A stretch of 64,000 nucleotides of DNA from an uncultured delta proteobacterium (GTDB lineage: Bacteria; Desulfobacterota; Binatia; Bin18), in the NCBI GenBank assembly GCA_963733195.1, contig CAVTCR010000010.1, positions 16,283 through 80,282 of the forward strand, written 5' to 3'. The notes below the pieces were generated by a model that worked only from the letters and a program-made list of their open reading frames with translations, had not been told where the DNA came from and ran no database searches. Position 1 is the stretch's first letter, and every line of letters begins with the position of its first letter. The position numbers were made by a program, and so were the translations under genes. This document shows, one piece after another, positions 41,671 to 53,407 of this stretch.

Positions 41671-44600
41671 TCAACGGAGGAAGTGCACTCGCATACCATC
41701 CCTCTTATGAATCGGTTCAGCAAACGTCTGCTTATCGACAATACAGTGGTGCGGATCGTATACGATATATAGTACCCGCCGCTGGTTATCCCCGTATTTC
41801 GTGATGTCAGCGGCAATAGCTTCAGTAATCGGATGAATGTCCGCTTTCTTTCTTATGTGATATCCAACCAAGGTTTTTCGCTTTCCGACATCCAACGTGT
41901 TGATCGATCATAGAAGCGCTTTAGCATTACAGCGCTGCGCCCTCCAGATTTTGTCTCTTCAATCCATAACTGAACATAGTAGGGATATCCTTGCGTATCT
42001 TTCCACGCTCGATCCTTCTCTTCCTGCTCGGTAACTCCGTGTGTCTCTACCAGTTGATCCATTTCTTGCCGACTTAAAGGCTCTAGAATAATGCTTTCTA
42101 GTAATGAACTCTTGAGGTGCTGATCCCATCCTGGGTGTGTTGCAAACAATTGATCGCGTCCAAGGATGACCATTACGGTCTCGAAGTCTACTGTTTGTAA
42201 TGTTGGCAAGAGGTACTCAACGAGAAACGTTGCCAAAGATGAAGCTAGTGCCTCAAAGTCATCAAGAATAATGAGTAGGCGATCTATTCCCTGTATTTTG
42301 CGATGTCTTGGCTTCCACCAATCGTCTCCTTGATAACGAGACAGAATTGCGGAGAAGTCTGCCTTCATTGCTTCAGCCAACGAGCGGCAAGCATTCTCCT
42401 TGACCGCATTTCGCAGTGCAGTTCCATTAAAATCTGGGAAAATACCGCCAAGCCACAGTGACTCTTTACGAAGACTCTGTAACTTCGGGAGTGTCTCTTC
42501 GATGATTGGTCGATATTTCTCAAACTTACGAGCTTCTATATATTTCTTCGTTACGGGAAACCCTTCATTCACAGCTTTCCCAAAGCTAATGATACTATCT
42601 AGAGCGTGTCGCAGAATTCCCTGGGCTCTACTCCTGGGGTTTTAGGCTCTCTCGATGACTTTTTTCCGTTGGCTCATGTGCAGCCTTCGTGCTGACCCAC
42701 CCCAGCTTCCCTTGGCTCTGAGCCTAATGGCAGCGAAGGCGACGAGTGAGCGCACAGAGCTCGGAGCTACGCCTTCCCGTTGAGTGCCGCGTTCGTCTTT
42801 CAGGCTCGCGTCAAGCTTGCCGATTTGGTTTGTTTCACCACATCCCTCATCAGTGTGTTCAAATTCACTGACACGATGGCCCGCTGGCCAGCCGCGTCCT
42901 GCGTTTCTACGCAGCGCTCCTGCCGATGACTGAAGCCGTATTTGCGGCTCTTGAGGCGGCCGATGCTGCCTTCGGTCTTGCCCCGTTCGCTTTTGACAAC
43001 TCCTTGATCCTTCTCCCCCACCAACCAGGTCCCCTGGCCACGCGGGGGGATCCCGACCTTCTTGACCCCGGTTTGTTGTAGCTTCGCGGCCGCAGCTCTC
43101 AGACTCGCTCCGCGATCGTAGACCACCATTGCCGGAGTCGCCTTTGCTCCGAACACGTAGCGATACTCCTTCACCCCTTCCTCTGGCATCGTGTTTTCGT
43201 CGGCGCGCGCTGCGACACGTCGCCCAAAGAGATAGCCTCCGGCGAGGCGATTGAGCAGCCACTTCATCCCAAACTTCACCTTGCCCGCGCCTTGTGGTAA
43301 TCGCCCGCGCCGCCGTGATGCCGGGGTGAAGGATCTTCTCGGTGGCGACTCGCCCCGTCGTCATCCACTGCTTGATCTGCGGGAGTAACGTTCGGGCGAC
43401 CCTCTCCCATCCGTTTCAAGGTGGCGGCGGCACGCTGTTTGACTTGTCCCCAGCGTGGGCTCAGCTGCGCGCTTACTACCTGTGTCAGCTTGAGCAGGAC
43501 TTCGCTCTGCTCGACGATCTCGTCGAGCAACTTTGTTTTCTCGGCTCTCGTTTTGGCAAACAGATGATGCTGTTTGACGCTCCGGTAGACCTCCTTGGCC
43601 TGCTGGATTCCCGCTTCTGCCGCCTGCACGCCACAGGCTTTGAGCTTCTTCAACGCCCGCTCGATTCGCTCGGCCAGGCCTTTCAAAATCCCGGGCTCGT
43701 GCGGATACCCAATCGCGGGTTCCTGTACCGTCGTGTCCGAAGAGAGCGTCTTGCCATTGGTAAACTGCAACTTTGCCGCAGTCTGGATGACCAGCGCGTT
43801 GACGGCAGCCTTGCCCTCCGCCCCCAACGCCGCTTCGGCCCGTGCAATACTTGAGTGATCGCGGATCTGTTTCAGCTCTCCGTCCTTCAGCGCGAGAAAT
43901 CGCCGGGCCACCACGCTCTCGCTGATGTAGTCCTCCATCTGTCGTGCGTGATACGCCTTCACCCACATCAAGACCAACAAGGGCACATACAAAGACACCG
44001 GCCACGGCCGCCCGGACCCGCCGTCGACATTTTTGCCCGCCGTGCGCCAATACGTGATCATCCCTTCGGTGAGGGCTGCCCAATCCAGTACCTGCTTCAG
44101 GCGCAGCACGGGATGCTCGTCCCCCACAAAGATCGAGACCCATTCGCCGTTCCCTGCTGGCGCACCACCGCCCGCCAGCGTAGACTCGCGGTGTTCTCTC
44201 ATGACATCCTCCTGTCCTCATCACACAGGCCATGTCATCGAGAAGCGGAGAGCTTTTCAACCCCTAACGTGTTGAGAAGCTCTCAATTTTTCGGTCCATT
44301 TCTGCGACACGCTCTATCTAGCAATTGTGAAACCGTTTCTCGTAAATCATCGTTAATAGAATCTTGGTTTTGAAACTCAGCAACAACTTTCGCTTTCACT
44401 TCATCAATAACTTTCAGTACCGCGTGGACATTGGGGAAATAGTAACCTGGTGGGTGGGCACGAAGTGCGGAAGCCTCAGCACTATCAACAAGTCGAACAA
44501 CATCGCGCGCAAGAGTGCGTGACATAAGGTCATTCCCATCGAGCTTGAGAACAAGGTACCTACATGCTGAAATGTCTGTTTGCTCGCACACGTGATCAAA

Positions 44601-44740
44601 AAGGTAGGTTTTTCCAATACCGCCGGACCCTTCTATACTGAGGATAGTGAGTTTTCTGCCGGCTTTTTCCCTTCCCTGTAAGACCGCAGAGCTATCTTCT
44701 CACTATCCTGCGAACGTCCAACAAACCGGTCTGCTGCCAC
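41671..44740 (-). pseudogene. P-loop ATPase gene interrupted by an IS; 3' end resembles a PD-(D/E)XK nuclease tail
   Basis: FVGR and GSGGIGKT (44740-44607), Walker B IILDDFE and GYPYY in 41853..42572; removing the IS rejoins the frame as SQLLDSIISFGKAVNEGFP. Confidence 0.78.
42602..44314 (-). mobile_element. IS5-like insertion sequence (1713 bp); transposase 42800..44202 with frameshifts
   Basis: Perfect 15-bp IR GAGCGTGTCGCAGAA (42602) / TTCTGCGACACGCTC (to 44314); 6-bp TSD TATCTA; DTTVQE, KFG, YDRG, EGSIGRLK motifs. Confidence 0.88.
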
Positions 44741-44872
44741 TTCGCTTACCTCGACTTCTTACCGAGTTTACTTTGACTCTTCTTCAAGCTTATGACACCC
44801 GGTTTATTTTCGCCAAATGGGACCTTAACCAGATAGAGCCTACTTGCTGCTGCATTTCAGTTGTTCTGGGCA

Positions 44873-45235
44873 TCACAACCTATCAAAGTATCCTTTGATC
44901 TTTGCTGCCATAAGATTTCGGCGCAGTTCAAGGAACTCGTCGTATTGCCCTGCCAGCGGACCAAACATTTCAGTTGCGAGGCAATGTTCTTGAAGATTCG
45001 CTTTCAACTCCCCCAGATCGGTAATACCGCCATACTTCCTTTTCCCGCCGTAGCACTGCTCCATCGGCTCTGCGAAGTAGCCAGCAGGAGCTTCGTCACC
45101 AATAACGATATTGATCTCGCTCTGTGTTACGGCGTAGTTGGCAATCTGGTCGTAGGCCTCGGCTCAGTCCTTGTCCCTTAAGGTAATTACGAGGAAACAC
45201 ATGGTGTACATCGCTGCGGTTCAGGATGAAGTCTT
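44873..45235 (-). pseudogene. 3' fragment of a DUF262/DUF1524 (GmrSD-like) restriction protein
   Basis: [21 protein letters not shown] and YDEFLELRRNLMAAKIKGYF; 5' part absent. Confidence 0.65.
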
Positions 45236-45349
45236 GCATGGTGATGTTCTTGTGACAGAAAGTGTAAGAAAATGGTTGTCAGTGTTTGTTGTTCCGCATT
45301 CCCCAGTCAAAATTCATCATTCTCCATTCACTGCAAACGTCTTCCCTCC

Positions 45350-46645
45350 TCACTTGCCGCGCTGCATCAAGGCCCCAGTATTAAACTGATAGTCTGACAG
45401 ACCAACGCCAAACCGTAGCGGTTGTCCCTTCTTCATCGGTAACTCTAGGGTTGCGCGACTTAGCAGTTCGTCTACGGACAGGGTCAGATCGGGCTGAACA
45501 AGGGAAAGATCACCCTCTGGGGTTCGTGCAACCGTCACAGAATTCAGCAACACTCGCCAGAGCTGACCCGCACGGTTATATGCCTCTTTGTAATAGGCCG
45601 TATACAATTCACGATCGATCCACAGCACCTGACGCCCATAGGCATACTTGGGGTCTTTGGCTGTTGCCTCGATCACCCAGACGGGTCGCTTCACGAGCTG
45701 AATAGTGGTTGGCCACCACGCCTTCCCTTTCCACCCCTCTTTCTCCCAACCCATGATGAGGAGATCCTTTTGCTCCTCTAAGCCATAGCCCTTACTCTCA
45801 CGCTTTAGGAGCTTCGGCTCGGGTGAGTTATACGGAACGAGCGCGTCCTGAGCGCCCACTAACTTCCAGGTAAAATATTGCACCTTGCCAGAGAAAAGGT
45901 ATGGGTCATCGTATGCGAGATCCGAACCAAAAAGATTATCCGAACCGTTCGCCGGAGGCAGTTGCCGTACCCGTCGCAGTTCTGGAGCATACATCCACAG
46001 GGAGTTCCACCGCTGCGGATCGAGATACACCCATTCCAGAATCATCACGCCGTCGACCTCCGCCGGAGAAATCCCGGCGATAATCTCTTTGCGGAGTGTC
46101 ATATCTGGGTTGGCAATGGGACCGGAAAAGCGCGAGCCATGAAACAACAACTGGGCCCGGAATTCAATGCGGTTTTGTCTCTCGGTTGGACCCACCCACT
46201 GGAGTGAACTGGACCGTTCGACATCGTCCGCCTGCATAAGCGTATAGGAAAAATTGTAGATCACCTTGGTCGCTGCTTGCGGATCTTTAGGGTCGATCTG
46301 CGGAAACGGATAACCATAAAGGAAGGGGGGAACGGTATTTGTCGCCTTAGCCGTTAACGAACCGGCAGCATCAACCGCGAACTTTCCAGCGTTGGCTTCG
46401 GTCGCAGACTTGAATTTACTGCCCCAAGCCATCGTCGCTGGTAGGGTGGTAATCTTGGCTTGATAGCTCCCATCCTGAAAGCGGCGGAGAATTCCCTCTG
46501 GCAACAGACTCTTCGCTTGCTGCCAACTTTCTTGGTTCAGTGTGTCGCCAGGATTGAGATCTGCCACTGCGGCTTGGCAGTACGACAGACTCAGTACACA
46601 ACTTGTTGTGACGACCCACATCGCCAGCGTGAATGTCCTTCGCAT
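45350..46645 (-). CDS. DUF1329 family exported protein
   Basis: Signal peptide, GYPFPQIDPKDPQA, WMYAPELRRVRQ, YAYGRQVLWID. Confidence 0.8.
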   Translation of the reverse strand: MRRTFTLAMWVVTTSCVLSLSYCQAAVADLNPGDTLNQESWQQAKSLLPEGILRRFQDGSYQAKITTLPATMAWGSKFKSATEANAGKFAVDAAGSLTAKATNTVPPFLYGYPFPQIDPKDPQAATKVIYNFSYTLMQADDVERSSSLQWVGPTERQNRIEFRAQLLFHGSRFSGPIANPDMTLRKEIIAGISPAEVDGVMILEWVYLDPQRWNSLWMYAPELRRVRQLPPANGSDNLFGSDLAYDDPYLFSGKVQYFTWKLVGAQDALVPYNSPEPKLLKRESKGYGLEEQKDLLIMGWEKEGWKGKAWWPTTIQLVKRPVWVIEATAKDPKYAYGRQVLWIDRELYTAYYKEAYNRAGQLWRVLLNSVTVARTPEGDLSLVQPDLTLSVDELLSRATLELPMKKGQPLRFGVGLSDYQFNTGALMQRGK

Positions 46646-49428
46646 TACGATTGTTCCTTTCTTTGATTCCCTGATGATCGTTGCAGAGTATACTGAAGAC
46701 GGTCAAGGAGTGTGGTCGAAAGATTAAAAAAGATGCGTGCAGCAATGCGCGGGTAGCGCCACACACGAGTGCGAAAGCGCTCGTCCATAGCTAAGACCTC
46801 GACATCCTCTAAGCGCGACCACTTCAGACACACGTTCGTCATTGCCGTTGCGCATCAGGCTGGTGACGCCGAACACATCTCCCCGGCGCAACTCCCACAA
46901 AGTACGGGATTGACCTGCCGTGTTGACTCGTGCCTCGGCGTGCCCACTAATCATGACAAACATTTCCTTGGTCTCTTCTCCAGGACGCACAATCACTTGG
47001 CCACTCGGGAAAGATTTGAGCTCGCCCATCAAGGCCACGATCTTGGCTTGTGAGGGACGCAGGTTGGCGAACAACCCAATCGTCTTGTGTGGGTCCTTGC
47101 CAAGTTTGACATACAAAAGGTCCCACAAGGTAATAATCGGCGTCGTTGCTAACAGAGCAGGGAGGAGCATAATCTCTCCCAATCAGCCCGACGAGTATGG
47201 TCGTCGCCGAAAGAAAGCCAAATTCACGAATCGGCACAAAAGTAGAGAAACTGAGGGTAAAAAAGCCAAGGAAGAGCACCAAAGAGGCGTAAAGTGCGGG
47301 CTTTCCGACCGTTGACAGTGTCTCAAGCAAGGCCTGCTCTTGGTCGGTGGTCGTCCGAATCGCGCGACTCAATCGCATCATAATGTGAATGGTGTCATCT
47401 ACAGCAACTCCGAAAGCGATGGAAGCAATGATGTTGGTACCAAAGTTGAGTTCTGCACCGGTGAGGCCCATAAGACCGAAGAACACAAAGAGGGGAAAAA
47501 CATTCGGGACCATGGCAATCAGTCCAACACGGATAGAGAGAAACATGGTCGCCATAAGGACGAAGATGACACCCGCGGTCAGCGCCAAACTCTGAATCTG
47601 GCCGTTGACAATATCACCAGTTGTGCGAGTCAGGAGTACCAGATTCCCAGTCGGGCGGACCGACAGTTCAGGGGGAAAATGTCCACGAGCGAAAGTTTCG
47701 ATTCGCTCCACAAGAGTAGCAATATCACTGGAGCGCGAGAGCGAGGTCCGCACTAAGATAGTCGAGCGCGAATAGTTCGGGATGATTGACCACACTCGCA
47801 ACTCCGTCGGCGTTTAAGAACACCAGCCGCATGACTCCTTTGAGTTGCTCAGGATTTGACCAGAAGGTCGTCTTCTCTTCTGGTGCGGGAGTTTCAACGA
47901 CTTCTCCCTCAGCCGGGGCCAGCGGAATTTCCTGGATACCGCGGTCAAGCATCTCGCAGTAATCGACAAAGGAGATGGTTTTTTCTACGCCTGGCAAAGA
48001 GTCAATGTAGAGTTGCAGATTTTTGATCCGCCACAAGGTATCCCATTTCTTGATGACGTCGTTTTCTGCCCCATCAATGACGACATAGAAGGTCATGCTC
48101 CCGACCAACGCACGGTTGATGGCCTCGGTCGATTGACGAATAGGATCGGTCTCACGAAAGAACGATTGAAAGTCAGAGCCGGCATGAATCGCAGAACCGT
48201 ACCATGTAGAGACCAACACAATAAGCACACCGATAGTGATGACGAGACGACGGTAGCGGCTCGAGAATCTGGCCAGCGACTGCAGCACCGCGCTCACGCG
48301 TGCCGAAAAGGCTTCCGCACGTATAGTCGGGAGTGGAAGCAGTATCAGTAAGGCCGGGATAAAAACCACCGACAGCACGAACGCCGTCGAGATACCGATA
48401 GAGGCGTACAGGCCCAGTTCTCGAATGCTGATAATGCGGTTGACAATCAACGAGAGAAAACCCAAGACCGTCGTGAAGGCAGCAATGAAGAGCGGCGTGT
48501 TGGTTGCCTGTAACGTCGCCAAGACAACGTTAGCCACAGAACGCTCAGGTTGGACTTGTTCGTAATACTCCGCCACGATGTGCAGAGAGTAGGCAGTCCC
48601 TAAGACAAGGATCAACGGCGGCAGTGCCATGTTGCCCAAGCTTAGGCTGCTCCCCATGAGCACCATGATTCCCAGGGTCCAGATCAGACTCACAACTACC
48701 GTCACAACTGGAAGCAGCACACCACGGAGCGAACGGAAGCTCAGGAACAACATCACGACAATAAGGATCAACGTACAAGGAACGAAGAACGCCAAGTCTC
48801 CCCACATCGCTCTGGTGGAATAGACTTTGAAGTGGGGAAGTCCGGTGTAATAGAGCTTTTCCGGGCCGCTCTCCTTAGCCACCAGCGCTTGAATCGTGTC
48901 ATCGATACCACGGCGAAAGAATTCATCGTCCCCGAGATTTTCAAAGAAAATATTGATCGCCGCCGCGCGCCCGTCCGCTGAAACGAGGTTTTTCAGATAA
49001 ATTGGCTGATCGAGTAGCTTCTTTTTGAGCTCTGCAGCTGCGGCATGTGGCAATTTGACATCGGGAACCAGCAGGGTGGACTCCTTTGCCACACTCGTGA
49101 TGATGTCTGGCGCGTTGGTGAGGCTGATGACGTTTTTCACCTCCGGGATTTTCCCGATCTCTTCTGTCAGGCGGGTAATTTTCTCCAGCACCCGTTGGGT
49201 GTAAATATTGTCGGTTACTATGCCGATGACCCCGACTTCGTCACTGCCAAATAGCGCGCGAACCTCATCATAGTAGGCTTTCTCAGCATCTCCCTTCGCT
49301 AACAAGCTCTCGACCGAGCTGTCCAAGCGAATGTGTTGCGCGTGGTAGGCAAAAAATCCCGTCAGCAGGAAAATGACAATGACAATGCTTTTGGGCCTGT
49401 GGACAATCAGGTCATAGACCCACTTCAT
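46645..49428 (-). CDS. MMPL/RND family transporter with C-terminal cNMP-binding domain; frameshifts near 47760, 47180 and 46810
   Basis: Two RND halves (LGTAYSLH, GVAVDDTIH); cNMP motifs GEETKEMFVMISG, GDVFG. Confidence 0.8.
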
Positions 49429-49545
49429 AACCGCTCCGCGTTCATGGCGGCTTACCTTATCACAGGCGGCGATGAACTGAAGGTGACCGCTAACCGGGAA
49501 CGTTATACGGAGCACAGGTTTGCAGCGTGGGTGTACACCCATCAA

Positions 49546-50216
49546 CTAAATCGAATCACATGAGATTGGCACAGTCCCTGACACAAATCCCCCCGCGCGG
49601 CGCGCGGCCCCCTTTGCTAAAAGGGACATTTGGGTCCCCTCCTTTGTAAAAGGAGGGACAGGGAGGATTTCACAGCAAGTGCCACAGTGTACGAATGTTC
49701 TGTGGTCCGATTTAGAAACGACGACCAGTTGAGTCACACAGACTCTCGCTCGGCGCATGTTGGCGCTAAGGGCGGTCACAGAGCAAACGATGAACCGAGT
49801 GCAGTGGTACGCAAGCGCATCCTACAGAACCTTCAAGAGACTGGTACGCTAAATCGCACTACAGAAGATTCGTATACTCTCTCATCCGCAGTGGAATACT
49901 TTCTCACTCGTCCTGAGCGTAGCGTAGCGAAGTCGAAGGACTCAGCATGAGCAGTTTCGGTCGGCAGGGTGCTAATGTCGTGTGGTCCGATTTAGAGTTG
50001 TCACCCTGAACCCTTCGACAAGGCTCAGGGTCAACTCCGCGAAGGGTCTCTCCGAGAGACCTGTCCTGCCTGCGCCAGTGCCGCAGGCACAGGTGAGCCT
50101 GTCGAAGATTCTTTGCGGAGCCTGTCCTGCAGTCCCAGTGATACGAAGGGGGCTCAGAATGACAGTCATGAAGGGTCACATCGTACAGTGTACGAATCTT
50201 TTGTGACCTGATTTAG
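49546..50216. mobile_element. Cluster of MITE-like elements sharing CTAAATCG..CACA terminal IRs with different internal hairpins
   Basis: IR copies at 49546 (+), 49686-49715 (-), 49849-49878 (+), 49981-49995 (-), 50187-50216 (-). Confidence 0.7.
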
Positions 50217-51915
50217 CCAAGCAGTGCTTTGGTCTGCTCGATTGAGCGGGCGTATCGGTCACGCAGGTACTTCAGGCCTGCTGCAGATCCGTCAAGCATG
50301 ACTTTTTCGAACGTCTCAGGCTGAACCTCCATCAGGGCGTTGAGAGTTTCTGCAAGGTCACCATCATGTTTGAGTACCTCTGCCGTAGCCCGCACCATGC
50401 CACCGAGCACAGCAGTCTCAATCATTTCAAAGGGTGGGCAGGTCAAACAGGGATCAGGACGCGGGGGAAACGGTTTTCCTGGAAGCGGTACCGCGAGATA
50501 TCGTTCGATGAGGCGTTCACGCAATTTAATGTCAAGCTGCCCAAGCCAGTCAAACACAAAGTGAGTGACCCAGCATGGACCGAAGAGATATATTAATTTG
50601 GACCGCAGGACGTCGCCAGCCACAAAAAGATCGGTTTTGCGGTGCAGTTCCTCGATGCCTGGGTGCTGATAAAAGCTCTCAAGTGCGTGAATGTACAGAC
50701 AATGTCGCGGCAACTGTGGCGGCGCGAGCCATACACCCAAGTTGATGAAGTAGCGCTTGATCTTCTCCCAGTTGTTGCCACCGGCAGCCTCGATATCACT
50801 GATATTGAGGTTCATCCAGTGATGCCAGGTCGAATCGACCGCCACCCGCCCGATGTCCGCTCGATGGCCGTCATAGACGCTAATCATGGCGAAGCGTTTC
50901 GCCGGGGAATCACCTTTTGAAGTGCTGAAGCGGGGGGTCGGCCAAGCGTGCGACCGTGGGCGATCACTTGGGGTAATGGTTGCACACCATTTTTCGTCGG
51001 ATATTCATCCCCAAAGTTTGTCCCATTGAAGTTGAGGGTATTCGTCAAGGTGATCGCGGCCAATCCCGTGTCGGCATTGGGAACGTGATCGAACACCGTT
51101 CCCTCGTGCGGATGGTCGGGCATCACGTCGATCGGACCGATGGTCGGATGACATAGCACGGGATGTGGGCGCTCGCGAACGCGCCACCAAGGAATGTTGA
51201 TAGACAACCATGGCACCCACTCGATGGGCTGGGGGATGACATCCTCTTGTACCCCAAAAGGAATAATGTCAGTTCCGGCAGTTTGACCAGGTGTCGCAGG
51301 TCGGTTGGTATCGATCCTGGTAGTTCCACCAATCGGCGGCACTCCTTGGGTGTTGGTCCACGCTCGCATAGTGCCAACCCGAGGAATAAAGCGACACATC
51401 GACGCGCCAAGGTAGTCATGATCCCCCGTGGCAAAGACCCCGCCTTTCTTGTCATTCATCCATTGGGTCAGCGCGGCGAGTTCTGCCTCAGTTGCCTTAA
51501 AGAGGTCGTTATCAATGTTGGAATCCGGCCCCCCGTCATTGCCTGGGCGAAAGCCAAAGCACCAAATCTCGTCGTACTGATCGATCACCTTTGCCCCGTT
51601 GTGGACACTATCAAAACGAAACCCGGTGTATTTCGCTCCGGTATCACCAGGAGTGTTATCGACGGCAAAATTGGGTTCGAGGTTGTCGGGGCGCCGGGCA
51701 ATATCAACGTCGAAATACATGCAGCCGACGGTGGTATCACGCATGAGTTTAATCACCCGCCCAATGCCGAACGAGTCTGGACTGAGATCCGTCTGCACAC
51801 TCCGATCAACAACGCACAGCAACCGCACACGGGTGAAAAACAACTTTGGGATAAAGTCTTGGAACACCGGACGAGCAAAATCGACGACTTGAGAAAATTG
51901 GAAATCACGTGGCAT
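50213..51915 (-). CDS. Hypothetical protein (possible class I GATase-like fold); frameshift near 50930
   Basis: GGAGG RBS before ATG 51915; YDEIWCFG, GGVFATGDH, PDHPHEG, GRVAVDSTWHHW across two abutting ORFs. Confidence 0.65.
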
Positions 51916-52532
51916 ATCTTCCTCCGAGAGTGAAACGATTGCCCTGTGTGGCAATCCGGTGAGTTCGTTCTGGTTTCTTTCCTGGTGCTGCCTGCCGTAC
52001 GTTACAGGCAGCACGAACGAACCTCCTGAAGCAGCGCGTTCTCCCACATTGGTACCTACGGCGCGCACGTAGCGCACCTCCGTGGAACAGCGCGTTACAT
52101 CAAGAAGTCGAGTTGTAGGTGAAGAGCACGTGGTACCCTGTCACGATCATCGTGAGGGTTGATGATCGTCATGCCAGCTTTTGCTAGGAATAGACGTCCC
52201 TGCTGCCTATCCAGCAAATTCAACCTAACAGAGTACTAGTGTCGCAGGTCTTGTCACCTCAACTCTATCTCTCAAGGAGCATACAACATGCCACTTTGTG
52301 GAGAGGGGAAAATCTATATTTTTCTAGAGTCACCACTCAGGAAGATGAGCAGCAGTGGACTGTGCAGTGTCAACTTTTGTTGCTTCTCTCTGTATGGTTG
52401 CAACAAAAGAACTGCAGACAGAGCAAGGCATTAACCGCAGGGTCAAGTAGAAAGGACAGTGCGTCGTGAAGCAGTGCTACATCTTCTGGATTCCCGCTCC
52501 CGGTAGAACCTGGGACAGGCTGCGCAGGAATT

Positions 52533-53396
52533 TCATGCACCTGTGGCGCGCGCTTGAGCATGAAGTAGATTCGCCTGTTGCCACTCGGTGGCAACCTGAC
52601 GCATTGTTTTGAACGTAACGCCATCATGGCCTTTGAGGTAGTCAATCATCCGTTCCAACATGAGGATGCGATGCCCGCGGCCAATGACTTGCGGATGCAT
52701 GGTCAGAATGTAGACCCCCTCTCCCATACGCTGGTAGAGGAAATCAAAATCGGCTTTCCAGATAGTTTCGACTTCTTCAGGTGTACGTAACCCGACGTGA
52801 TGCGCAGGCCAATGCAGCCCGAAATACGGCCAGTCATCAAGGCTCCAGTCCATCGGCAGTTCAACAAGATTAACCTTCTTGCCAAAGATGTACGGTCCAT
52901 CAGTCCGCATTTCATCGCCAACACGGCAATAGTATGGCGTGAAATCATCAGCCATCATGCTGGAATCGTAGAGAAAGCCAAACTCGACCAACAAACTCAC
53001 GGAATGTGGGCTCAAATCCGCCGCCGGAGAACGATAGCCAACTGGGGTCTTTCCGGTGACACGACGAATACAAGCGATGCCACGTTCTAGGATGCTCCTC
53101 TCTTCGTCAGGTTTAACCGACGCTGGATTCTCGTGGCAATAACCATGATGACCGATTTCGTGCCCTGCATCGGCGATGCGCTGCACGAGGTCAGGAAAAG
53201 TATCAATGGTGTGCCCTGGAATGAACCAGGATGAGGGCACCTGATATCGTCCGAGTGTATCGAGTAAACGTTCGGTTCCCACCTTGCCAAACTCACCACG
53301 CGAAACCGTGCTCAGCGATCTTGATCGCATCGTTGTCAACCAAACGGACATCGCGTCAAAGTCGAACGACAAGCAAACGGAAACATTCTTTGCCAT
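52533..53396 (-). CDS. Polysaccharide deacetylase (PuuE/PgdA-like CE4)
   Basis: SFDFD, HEIGHHGYCHE, GYRSP, YDSS, MHP. Confidence 0.9.
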   Translation of the reverse strand: MAKNVSVCLSFDFDAMSVWLTTMRSRSLSTVSRGEFGKVGTERLLDTLGRYQVPSSWFIPGHTIDTFPDLVQRIADAGHEIGHHGYCHENPASVKPDEERSILERGIACIRRVTGKTPVGYRSPAADLSPHSVSLLVEFGFLYDSSMMADDFTPYYCRVGDEMRTDGPYIFGKKVNLVELPMDWSLDDWPYFGLHWPAHHVGLRTPEEVETIWKADFDFLYQRMGEGVYILTMHPQVIGRGHRILMLERMIDYLKGHDGVTFKTMRQVATEWQQANLLHAQARATGA

Positions 53397-53407
53397 ATGT
53401 CACTCCG

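Noticed and set aside
44820-44875. Possible integron attC site after the GmrSD-like fragment
   Set aside because: Only a weak partial resemblance, no convincing paired R/L boxes and no integrase
52100-52530. ncRNA or small gene in the 52.1-52.5 kb gap
   Set aside because: Only a short palindrome and motif-less ORFs; nothing supportable
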